Of a DNA stretch of 53,039 bases, positions 1 through 10,642 are shown in pieces. Source of the stretch: Nemertoderma westbladi. Lineage: Eukaryota; Animalia; Xenacoelomorpha. A program made the position numbers and the translations under genes. How positions within the stretch are numbered: position 1 is the first letter of the stretch; every line of letters starts with the position of its first letter. The notes under the pieces are model-generated. The model searched no databases, was not told where the DNA came from, and saw only the letters and a program-made list of their open reading frames with translations. The stretch lies in contig JAUCBJ010008301.1 in assembly GCA_032718475.1 (NCBI GenBank), positions 1 through 53,039 of the forward strand, in the 5' to 3' direction.

Positions 1-168
1 AACCACAGCCACAGCCACAGCCACAACCACAGCCACAACCACAGCCACAGCCACAACCACAGCCACAACCACAGCCACAGCCACAACCACAACCACAGCC
101 ACAGCCACAGCCACAGCCACAGCCACAGCCACAGCCACAGCCACAGCCACAACCACAGACCACAGCCT
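1..168. repeat. (CCACAG/CCACAA)n hexamer array, cut by the window start
   Basis: Tandem CCACAG/CCACAA units seen directly; reverse complement of the array at 1763-2002. Confidence 0.95.
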
Positions 169-271
169 CACCTTCACCCACTTTATTGTCAAATACGCCT
201 GAGAAAAATTCAAGAAACATCTGGTTTACAATAGATTATTCTTTTTTCACAACTCCATTCTAGCCTCCCTC

Positions 272-310
272 TATAAAAGCCCCCATTCACCGCATTCTCA
301 TTCATTCTCT
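272..310 (+). promoter_or_regulatory. Putative TATA box and initiator-like CATT motifs for ORF 419
   Basis: TATAAAAG at ~273 followed ~25-30 nt later by CATTCTCATTCATTC; AATAAA at ~1543 downstream of the ORF. Confidence 0.5.
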
Positions 311-418
311 AATTTTTATTTTTAAAAGTTTTATTTATTTTCATAAAAGTTTTATTTATTTAAAATTTTGTAAAATCATTCAGCGAAAATTCATAATATC
401 AATTGACATTGCTATATA

Positions 419-1177
419 ATGCCTAGCTATGAAAGATGTTTGGTTTGTAATAAAGAAATGAGACGAGACAGTATATCCCGACATATGAGTATACATAGAA
501 AGGAAGGTGTAATGGAACCTTCCCCAAAGAAATTAAAAAAAAATGATGATATTTTTAGTGAAGAAGAGAACAAAAAGAGAGTTGAGAGTGATTTTCTAGA
601 GATTAAACAAATGATGAAACATAAATTCGAGAAAATCATGAATATTTTGAAGAATATACAGAAACAGCCACATAGTGAAAAGGACGATGAGAGTGAGGAA
701 GAGAATAAATCAGAGGAAAGTGAGAATGATGAAACGGAGAGTGAGATAGAGAAAGAAGAAAATGAGAGTGGTGGTGAAGAAAATGAGAGCGAGAAAGAAG
801 TCGAGGAACATGAAAGTGGTGAGGATAATGACTCAGATAATGAGGAGATATTAAGACATGTATTAGGAAATAAAAATAAATTGCAGAAAATAATTAGACA
901 ATTGAATGAAATGCAGAAACATTCGCATAAGGAGAGTGATAATGATGGAAATGAGAGTGATGAGGATGAATCGGAGGAGAGTAGCGATGACAGTGAGGAA
1001 GAATCAAAGGAGAGTAGCGATGACAGTGAGGAAGCATCAGAGGAGAATGACAATGAAAATGGACAGAAAATCAGAGTAGGGAATGGAAAAGTTATATCTC
1101 CAGCAACTGTTGTATATCGACCTAGGATTATGAACAGTAACAGTCGTACAGTTAGTGCGAGACAGTGCAGAAGATAA
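419..1177 (+). CDS. Unknown intronless protein: N-terminal C2H2-like finger, NLS-like motif, long Glu/Asp/Ser tracts, basic tail
   Basis: CLVC-x12-HMSIH spacing, PSPKKLKK, acidic tracts; ATG in AT-rich context after a TATA box. The 3' end is altered by a 284-bp tandem duplication. Confidence 0.6.
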   Translation: MPSYERCLVCNKEMRRDSISRHMSIHRKEGVMEPSPKKLKKNDDIFSEEENKKRVESDFLEIKQMMKHKFEKIMNILKNIQKQPHSEKDDESEEENKSEESENDETESEIEKEENESGGEENESEKEVEEHESGEDNDSDNEEILRHVLGNKNKLQKIIRQLNEMQKHSHKESDNDGNESDEDESEESSDDSEEESKESSDDSEEASEENDNENGQKIRVGNGKVISPATVVYRPRIMNSNSRTVSARQCRR

Positions 1178-1448
1178 TTAGACAATTGAATGAAATGCAG
1201 AAACATTCGCATAAGGAGAGTGATAATGATGGAAATGAGAGTGATGAGGATGAATCGGAGGAGAGTAGCGATGACAGTGAGGAAGAATCAGAGGAGAGTA
1301 GCGATGACAGTGAGGAAGCATCAGAGGAGAATGACAATGAAAATGGACAGAAAATCAGAGTAGGGAATGGAAAAGTTATATCTCCAGCAACTGTTGTATA
1401 TCGACCTAGGATTATGAACAGTAACAGTCGTACAGTTAGAGCGAGACA
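882..1448 (+). repeat. 284-bp tandem duplication of the 3' part of the ORF
   Basis: 882-1164 repeats almost identically at 1166-1448. The offset is not a multiple of 3, which produces the separate ORF 1165-1452. Confidence 0.9.
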
Positions 1449-1762
1449 TTAATTATAACTGAAATATTGTATATGTTTGAAATATTTATTATATTTAGTC
1501 GTATTAATTATGTAATTTCATAATAATATGCTTAATTAAACAAATAAAGTCGACTTGATCCTGAGTTCTGAGTCGTTTTGTGTGGTGGCGGGTATTTGTA
1601 TTTGTAATTTTAATTTGTGTAATGGTCTAATATATTATAAACCACTATAAATGATCAGTCCTGTCTGATCCTATTTTAAATGCATAATGAATGAGTAACC
1701 AAAACATCAAATTAGTTAAACATTTTGACAACAGATAAACAAATATTCTCCTGTGGGGAGAA

Positions 1763-2002
1763 GTTGTGGCTGTGGTTGTGGCTGTGGTTGTGGCTGTGGC
1801 TGTGGTTGTGGCTGTGGCTGTGGCTGTGGTTGTGGCTGTGGTTGTGGCTGTGGCTGTGGTTGTGGCTGTGGCTGTGGCTGTGGTTGTGGCTGTGGTTGTG
1901 GCTGTGGCTGTGGCTGTGGCTGTGGTTGTGGCTGTGGTTGTGGCTGTGGCTGTGGCTGTGGTTGTGGCTGTGGTTGTGGCTGTGGCTGTGGCTGTGGTTG
2001 TG
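1763..2002. repeat. (CTGTGG/TTGTGG)n hexamer array
   Basis: About 40 tandem hexamers, inverted relative to 1-168. Confidence 0.95.
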
Positions 2003-2068
2003 GGGAGTGCCTCAGGTCTTAAATCAGAGTCTTACAAATTCGAACGTTAACGAACAAATTCAAACGTT

Positions 2069-2158
2069 GTTCCACCTTGGTGTAGTGGTTGCTTTGAATT
2101 CACATCTCCAATAGGTTGTGGGTTCAATCCTCACATGGACCAGGGCAGTTTTCGTTCG
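2069..2158 (+). mobile_element. Truncated tRNA-derived SINE (head only)
   Basis: A box TGGTGTAGTGG and B box GGTTCAATCC; aligns with the head of the element at 40083. Confidence 0.75.
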
Positions 2159-2731
2159 ATCAGCAATAGGCCTAACTATACAAAATGTAGTATTATTGCC
2201 TAGTAACCAATTCATAGCTACCGTATGGTTTTTACTTTGAGACATTTCACCCTCTAGCAGCAGACTCGGATCTTCAGACTACTCTGAGACTCCGCAAAAA
2301 GATATAGCCTATATTGTAATAGATATCGACTGGGGGGTCAAAATTAAGTAATAATATATCTAAAAAAGTCTCAAACATCTTACCTCATGGCTCGCCCCTC
2401 AGAAATCTTAAGCAATATAGCTTCATATTTTTTAAGGAAAACTGGTAAACGAGATTTGTTACTTACGCATACCTCGCAGACTTAAGTAATTAATTATACA
2501 GTAGGTTAGATCGTTTTGAGAGTAGGACCATTGGAAACAGCGCCTTCGAAAACCTCAGTACAAATAAAAGTAATAAGATTAACAGGATATAGCTTGTTAT
2601 AATAAAACTTAAATTATAATACAGTAGAACAATTAGGGTTGTAAATAAAACAAATTCAATAAATTGAAGATAAACTGTATATAACTTATGTATTAAAAGA
2701 GGGCCTTATTTAATTATGCGCGATCAGGCGC

Positions 2732-3984
2732 TGTAAAAGCTTTTGCGTCATTAACCGGTTATTTTCCCTTAAAGTACTCTGTAGTTGGTTTGCCAGGCAT
2801 AAAAAGGCCGTGTCCTTGCTGTACTGGTGTTTTAGAGGACATAAAAGTCATTTCTTCTGTATTTGAACTGTATTTGTACTTTAGAGGACATAATCTGCAA
2901 TTTCATGACGTAAAAAGCTCGATACTCTTGAAAACAGTGTCGCTACCATGACGACGGCTAACGGCTGGTATTGCCACGTTGCAGCTTTCTGTATCTGCCA
3001 ATAGAATTTGAGTTAGCTTTGATTTTGACCTATCACAGAGCTACTGAACTGAAATTTTCCTATCTCACTGCTCTTTCTCTGTGTTGAACGGGAGCTTCGT
3101 GGAATAAGGGTAGCTGGTATTCTTATAGTTATTCTTATCAGTGTTGTTGGTGATTCTAAGCCAGGAAGAACGGCTTTAGAGTATTTTGTGCTTTTCTGCT
3201 TTAGCCCTACACTAGTAGGCTTAATTATAAAGACATATATCCGTTATCTGATGTCTGCATACTGCAGTACTGCATACACTGCATACTGTGTAACACTGTG
3301 CATACTTTTATATTGTTATACTGCTATTTACTGTCAGTTCTTCATAATATGGTTGATGAATTATTATATTTGGAATAACGACAAATAACCCCGAAAACCC
3401 AATATTCTTGATATACCGAAGGTAAGAGAGAAAGGTTACAGATAAATGATTGCGACCTATGTTGAGTGGTTTGAAGTGAATCTAATGTTATTTGATAGAC
3501 CCTACATGATTCGGTCCGTGTTCCTTTTATATGTGACTAAAATCAGTGAAGATCGGCAGATCAGTGTGCAGTATTGTGCAGCATTGTGTATGAGTGAGAC
3601 TGATAACGAAGCATTTCCTAAAGAATGCGCCATATATGTGAATTGTAACTGGGCCATATCGTTGTGAGTAGTTTAAGTCATAACTCTGTTTATATAGATA
3701 GAGCGCCACGTCCTAAAGGAACTGTTAATATTTCCCGAAGGTGAATAATATTGTCAGAGATTATATAATACTGTCAGTCGAATAATACATTAGGCTTACA
3801 TAGCAATAAAATTAAGCCGTCGAACCCAATCTCCCGGGTATATCCAACGGGTGAATGATCGCGCACAGATTGGTTTCGACTAGTGTAGTGAATTAAATAC
3901 TTGTCATAGACTAAAGGTGATTTATTATCTAGAAGACATTCTAATTTGGCGGGTTAAACTGCCAAAGGTCTGAAAGCGCGAACA
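2732..3984 (+). repeat. 5' LTR of copy 1
   Basis: TGTAAAAG...GCGAACA, repeated at offset 9664; about 3 substitutions seen by eye. Confidence 0.95.
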
Positions 3985-3996
3985 ATAACGGATATA
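3985..3996 (+). promoter_or_regulatory. PBS position of copy 1, complementary to LTR 3236-3247 (candidate self-priming site)
   Basis: ATAACGGATATA directly follows the LTR-terminal CA; its reverse complement TATATCCGTTAT is at 3236-3247; no TGG start. Confidence 0.6.
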
Positions 3997-4355
3997 GCTT
4001 CTTTATTGCAGTAAGCAATAAAGTTGAAAGTACCGGTCAACCGGTAAACCTGAACGGTACATCTGTAGGTCAGTAGGCCCAACCGCCAGAACCGGTACTG
4101 CCGTAGGTCAGTAGGCCCAACTGCCAGAACCGGTACTTCTGTAGGTCCGTAGGCCTAACTGTCCCAACCGGTACTTCCCGTATAAGTACATTAGTATTAT
4201 TCGATTTGATAATTATATACCGGTAGGTCTTAATAATTAATCGGGGACGCCTGATTTTTATTGGGATTTTACTTAGGCCTATTTCTGTCAGTTTTATTTA
4301 TTTGTAGGCCAGTATTGAACAGAAGGCGTGTAAACCTGATCAGATTGTACAGACG

Positions 4356-4925
4356 ATTTGTAGGCTGAGCTGTTGTCTGATTGCTGTTAAGTCTGAACGA
4401 ATTGCAGTGTGTGTAGATCATTTGTCCGATTAAGTACGGTTAGGAAGTAGGGGCAGCGAATGCTGTAAGGTAAACCCCCAACTAAAGAATAAGTCGTACT
4501 ACTGGGTTAGAACGCATACTCCCTAATCATTTCGGAGTCTGCATGTCCTGTAGTTTATTTAGGCTTGAGAGTAGTCTGCCATCGTTTAGTCTGTACTTTG
4601 TTTGTGTAAGTCTGTACGGGTAGCGTATAATATTTATTTAGATAATTTGTAGGCTGGATAGTTGTCTGGCTGTTATTAGGTCTGAACGGATTGTAGTGTG
4701 TGTAGAGCCTCTGTCCGATTAAGTACGGTTAGGAAGTAGGGGCAGCCAATGCGGTAAGGTAAACCCCCAACTAAAGAATAAGTCGCACTACTGGGTTAGA
4801 GCGCATACTCCCTAATCATTTCGGAGTCTGCATGTCCTGTAGTTTGTTTAGGCTTGATGGTAGCCTGTCAGTGTTCGGTCTGTATTTTGTTTGAGTAGTT
4901 TGTACGCGTAGCGTAATATTTATTA
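4356..4925 (+). repeat. ~289-bp tandem duplication in the retroelement leader
   Basis: Units start ATTTGTAGGCTG at 4356 and 4645; counterpart in copy 2 at ~25280-25850. Confidence 0.85.
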
Positions 4926-5864
4926 TTCAGAGTTTATGCGATTATTCGCAACATTCATTCCCCAAGTTTGTTCCTACAGTAATTGTGTTTGTTATACATA
5001 CCGCTATAGTTAAATTAACCCCGGTACTACACGGGCTGCTTGGCGTAGGTAAAGACTGGTGATTTTGTGCATCGGTCACTCCAGCAGATGCCGTGGTTCT
5101 TTTAGCTGTTCAAGTATATTTAACTACTGATTATCTGTTGTACAAGTACTCGTACCTAATTTAGGGTTTAGTGTACAGTGCTTTCCGAAAGTAATTAGTG
5201 TAGGCATTATATTTGTGTTGTAAAGTGGTTAATAGGCACGTTCGATTAGCTCTATTAACTTCTAGGTAGGAACACTCCGTGATACATAACGTAGTACCTA
5301 TAGCGATACGGCTATAGGTCGTCAGGCGGTGGTATTTTTCTATCTGGACAACGCAGTGTATTTACTACTACTTATTATTTCAAATACCGCAGTACCCTGT
5401 CCGTTGTAATAACCAGTTTTCTAACCCTTTGTTAGGCTGGTTTGTAGACTTCTTGTAAAATTACCCTAAAAAATTCGTATTTTGTGTTTTTTGTAAATTT
5501 TTGTGTTTATTTAGAGATTGTAATCTCAACCCGAATCGTACGTAATTTGTAGTATTAAGTAACTTAGGTAAATTAGAATTATTTGTTTTAGTGTCCTATA
5601 AGTAACACTTCATTGAAAGCGCACCGCTTTGTGTAGTGATTACTTCCCAGAAATAATAACATTTATTTCAAACATTGACAAAACCCATTAAAACGGGTAT
5701 ATATATATTATAAATCAAATCTAACGATTTATAAATAGTAGGCCTACCATACAACCATTAGGTCTCAATATCAGTTCGATTACTGCTCAAATAACGGTAG
5801 TAAAGTAAGTAAAGTAATCAAGTAACCCTAAAATACAGAAATTCAATTATTTAAAATAATTGAT

Positions 5865-6230
5865 ATACCGGTATTTACGATAGGCCTATTATCTTTATTT
5901 CTATAAATTTCGGCTGAAATTATACCGGTACTTGTAATTAATTCTAGTTTGTAATTATACTTATATATATACACTATAAGTGTAAACTGCATACCGGTAT
6001 TTACGATAGGCCTATTATCTTTATTTCTATAAATTTAGGCTGAAATTATACCGGTACTTGTAATTAATTCTAGTCCAGAATTATATATACTACAAACTGT
6101 AAGCTGTATACCGGTATTCCGATAGGCCTATTATATATTTATATATATTTGTGCTAAAATTATACCGGTATTCTGTGATAAACCTAGTCTGTAATAATAG
6201 TTATATATACTATAAGCATACCGGTATTCT
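5865..6230 (+). repeat. Degenerate ~120-bp repeats with ATACCGGTAT and TAGGCCTA palindromes upstream of gag
   Basis: Repeated ATACCGGTATTTACGATAGGCCTATTAT blocks; copy 2 has one unit fewer. Confidence 0.75.
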
Positions 6231-6362
6231 AATATATTATATATATCACGCTACACTGAGTAGCAGTACCGGTAATTAATTACTAGGCTAGCAGTTAATA
6301 CTGAGTTACTAGACTTGCTCAGACTGTAATACAGCAGTAGACATTCAACTGTACACGTAAGC

Positions 6363-7580
6363 ATGTCGGACACAAAACGGGCACTGTCAGATAGTCTTTT
6401 GGAAGGTGTTAGAATGAGTCTTAGACTTGGACAGGGTCTTGAAAGGAAGATGGCAGAGGCAATGGCAACAGCAGAAGCGGAAAGAAAGGCAGCAGAGGCA
6501 ATGGCAACAGTAGAAGCGGAAAGAAAGATAGAGACACCTGTACTCCCAGAACCTGCCTATAAATTCCCTTTGTACAGTACTAAACTACCTGTGCCCAGTA
6601 GGACTGTTCCCGAGTCCGAACCCATCCTGGACGCCGAGCGAGATATTAAGAATTTATCTCCCGTCGTCTCTCGCTCGCCCGCTACAACGTTGGCGACTCC
6701 CGCTTCGGCGGTTGAGTGGGTAGCTGAGGGACGACGGGAGATGGGTCTCCTGCTCGAGCAGCTGAGGGAACACTGTTTGTGCTCCTCTCAGCAGGTCCGG
6801 GAAATGGAAGAGACTGTCCAGCAGCTCAAGGGAACAGTCAGGGAAAGTAGGTTAGAGTTGCAAAAGGTGCAGCAAAGTATCGCGTTAGAACGCGTTAAAT
6901 TAGTCAATTTACAAAAGGGTATACCACCACCCCCTGTAACAATGTGTCAACCCGTTAGGTCTGAAGTATCTCATGCGCAAGGTGTAGAGCCTACACGCAT
7001 CTATACTGCTAGTGAAGTAGAAACTCCTATAGTAAACCCTATTCAGGATGATTATAAACCTGTTGATAATAATATTCCATATAGACCTGATCATAATCCG
7101 AGAAACTTATATACCGATAATTCTATATTCAATAATACGATGGCTCAAGAAAGTTTTACGCGTCAAATGGCTAGAACCGAAGCTCGGCAAGCGGTAAAGG
7201 TGGGAGAGATCGTCAAGTTCAATGGAGATGAGATGAAATGGTTACCTTTTAATGAATATTACAAAGATAACATACAGAACTCTGTGCTATCTAATGGAGA
7301 GAAACTTAGATACCTCATCGAGTGCTTGGAAGGATCTCCCAAGTTAATGGCGTTAAAATTTATTGGACATCCAGATGGATTAAGACAAGTTTGGGATACA
7401 CTAAACATCAGGTATGGTAATAGGACTAACATAGCTAGGTATTTATATGCGAAATTAATGGCGCCCCGAAAGTTTCTTAGCAGCGGGATCATAGAGTTTT
7501 CCGATGAGATTCAGGAGATCTGTAGACAACTAGATTGGTTAGGTAAGTCTCATGAATACCATTCGGGCCCCACCGTTTAA
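6363..7580 (+). pseudogene. BEL/Pao gag, N-terminal part, internally deleted relative to copy 2
   Basis: KFNGDEMKWLPF...EKLRYLIECLEG...L..RYG resembles the BEL gag (DUF1759-type) region. The ORF ends at a frameshifting ~0.5-kb deletion at ~7561. Confidence 0.85.
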
Positions 7581-7630
7581 ATGCGTGTGATAAATTCCTG
7601 AGGAAATCACTAAAGGATAGACGTGAAGTC

Positions 7631-9334
7631 ATGTGGGATAAGCGGTTGTGTTATAATTGCCTCAGACGAGGACACCAACGGCGAACCTGTAACTCCGACG
7701 CAAGGTGTGCAAAGTGCGGCGCAAAACATCATATCTTGTTGCACACGGAATTCGAACGAAACAGCCCGAGTCAGGTAAGTGAGTCCGAACTACATGTCCA
7801 ATTCAGTGATGTGAACGACACTGATCAATCTGAGATGGAAGGATTCTATACGGACGAATTCTCCGACCAAAGTTCTGAAATGGAAGGATTCTATACGGAC
7901 GAATTCTCCGACCAAAACGAAACCTGTTACCTAATAAACACCACCGCAGTGTATCGAGCACTCGTGCATGAGAAAGACACAGACAGCGACCTTACCTTAA
8001 CTACTTCCGATCAACAACCATCTTGGAAAGCGCCAACTTCCAATATAGGAATCCAAGAATTTCCTGTAGTCCAGTTACGGGTCCACGGACCTCAGAAGAG
8101 CTATATAGTGAACGCCCTCCTGGACTCCGGCAGCACAGGAACATTCATCGATAAAGAACTAGCCGAAGACATCTTTGCTGGACAACCCAAGTTCCGAACC
8201 AAGATAAACATGTCAGGGATCATGCAGGTTTGGAAATCTGCTGTGGCTGCCGACTATTATATAGGTGAGTTGTCCACTCCACAGGATAAACTAGGAGAAC
8301 ACAGTATAAGGTCAGTCAAAATGGTGGCAATAAAGAACTTCGCTACTACTCAAGCAGACCTTTATAATTGGGACGAGGATGAGAGCATCCAACATCTTAA
8401 GATACCTCGATTCCAGACTGATTATCCTGGAGTGCAAATACTCATCGGCCAAAACGCGCATGAGGCGCTGGAGACATTAGAGAAACGACCTACTCAACCG
8501 CAACCACTTCAGACCTATGCGGTAAGAACTAGAGTAGGTTGGTACCTTACTGGACCTTCCCGTAGAACGCTCAGGGAAAGACTGCTTCAAGATCGTGTCT
8601 GCCAGGTGAGTGAATGGGAAGACGATACTAGTGAGGGAGACGACCCAACTGAGGGAACACCACACTCCTCAGATAATGACAATCTTAACTCCAATGTAGA
8701 TCAATGGAGATATTGCCCCAAGACGATGAATACAGCCGACATCTCTTCCAGAGGAACAACTCCTCAAGAACTGACAGATACTACAGACCGGTTAGGTGAA
8801 CCCGACTTCCTGAGTAAGGAGGATGAATGGCCTCCCCATCTTACTCCGACTGAGATTAGACCAGCCAAGAGAGCGGAGAAAGTCAAACCAAAAACCCGGA
8901 CGGGTGGAGCGGAGTTATTTGAACCCGGGATAGATCTGTCGGTATTACATATTGCCAGAGACGACGCCGTGGATCTGAACCTCCCCACCGCGAGTGGATC
9001 CTTCATGAAGATCAAAGAGAGCGATTGGAGCTCTGGAACATCAGACGTCTCGCAGGGACTCTCACCTCTCCTGCAGGGAGCGACGGACCACTATAGCCCC
9101 TGGAATCGGCTTTGTAAGGCCGTCGTGTACCTAGAGCGATGTTTCTATCGTCACTATTCCAGGACGAAGAGGAAACCTGGAATTGTATTCGGGATGCAGC
9201 GACTCAATCACCCAGTCGGTCGTTTGTGTTTACCGGAAGGGAATGGAGGACTCTCCGGAAACTGTGGAAGGCAAGATTCTCTTCCCACGACCACCTCCCT
9301 AATCCTTCAAACATCTAGGGACTCCATAACGTAA
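7631..9334 (+). pseudogene. gag zinc knuckles, aspartic protease and fused pol remnants
   Basis: CYNC-x4-H-x4-C and CAKC-x3-HH..LH knuckles; ALLDSGS protease motif; then directly QWRYCP..N.AD.SSRG...PDFL...WP and WNRLCKAVVYL, which follow RNase H in Pao pol; no YxDD or DDE core. Confidence 0.85.
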
Positions 9335-10642
9335 CAACATATGGAGTGGGTGTGTGACTCTATTATTTTATATTATTTTATTAATTTTATATTTCTGTAT
9401 GTATTAATATGTAATTTTATTATAATCGTTTTCTTTAATTTTATTCAGTAGAATGTTATTTTAGCGATTATTTAGTAGATTAGTGCAATATATATTCGCG
9501 TTTATTACTTAATTACGTATATATTATATTTAATGCGACGGCAAGAAATAATTCTTTTTCTCTTTCCTTACTGTCCGTATCATATTATAAATACGTGACT
9601 ACAGTAAGATGAAATGTCCGTACTTATTAAAGTACAATAAAGCCACTACTATATTAAAGTATTATTGGTAGGCAGAGTATTAGGAATGCAAAGTTCAGAT
9701 CCTCGTGTCTCGGCTAAACCAAGCTCTGGGTAGACCTTGGAAACGACTTGCCTCTTCACACTGACATTGCTTCGTGCGATATTGCTCTCATACCGTATAT
9801 TAAATAATACATATAGTAGCGTGATGTCCCTTTAACAGTAGCGTATAACGCAAAATAAATCTGTTAAACCCTTTGACCATCTGTAATTCTAGTCGATTAA
9901 GATATCGCGGCACCCACCGATATACTTGAAAGACAAATTCTAGAATCAGTGGTTAACGTCCCCAGACAAGTTCTGGAATAAATCGGTGCCCATCTCAAAT
10001 ATTAATTATTTAATATTTGCACATCTAATAAATCAAAATCTGTAAATTCAGATCCTTCAACAATTCTAGTCAATTAAGATATCGTAGCATTTACCGATAT
10101 TCTTAAAAAAGACAATTGTCATAGAATTAAGGATCTTGTGTCCCCAGACATGTTATAGAATCAAAATATGTCCATTTAATTATCAAATAATAAAATTTCA
10201 GGGAATCAATTTAAATTCATGCCTTTTAATGAATTTAATAAATTGCCATTTTTACGCAATTTATAACATTCCCAAAATTCCATTAATTAATAGATCAAGG
10301 GAGCGGAGATTTATCTTATTATGCATATGAGTGTGCGAAAGTCTCCCAAACATAGTCAATAGCCGATAAAATTCATAAAGTCATGTATAAAACAGAACAT
10401 TGACTATTAAAGAATACTATTAAATAACATCCCAGATCTGTATGCATCGGAACTACCATAATTCTACCGCTAGCTTTGCATAATGTCACCATAGCAACAA
10501 CCACGCTAGAATTAGAATTGAGTTAAAAGAACAATAGAAAGCTTGTCCCATTGAATAGCATAGGGAATAAATAGCGCACTACTAGTATCCAAGGATACAT
10601 AATAATACAGTGACATTCTGGAAGGCATTGACTAACGGACAA

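Noticed and set aside
427-1337. Ser/Leu-rich minus-strand ORFs
   Set aside because: Antisense shadows of the purine-rich acidic ORF.
1725-2114. ORFs of poly-LW, poly-CG and poly-VA
   Set aside because: They are translations of the hexamer microsatellite.
2069-2158. Possible tRNA gene
   Set aside because: It has A/B boxes but no convincing cloverleaf, and it matches the head of the SINE at 40083.
3188-3709. Short ORFs repeated in all four LTRs
   Set aside because: Their conservation reflects LTR identity; no motifs and mostly non-ATG or very short.
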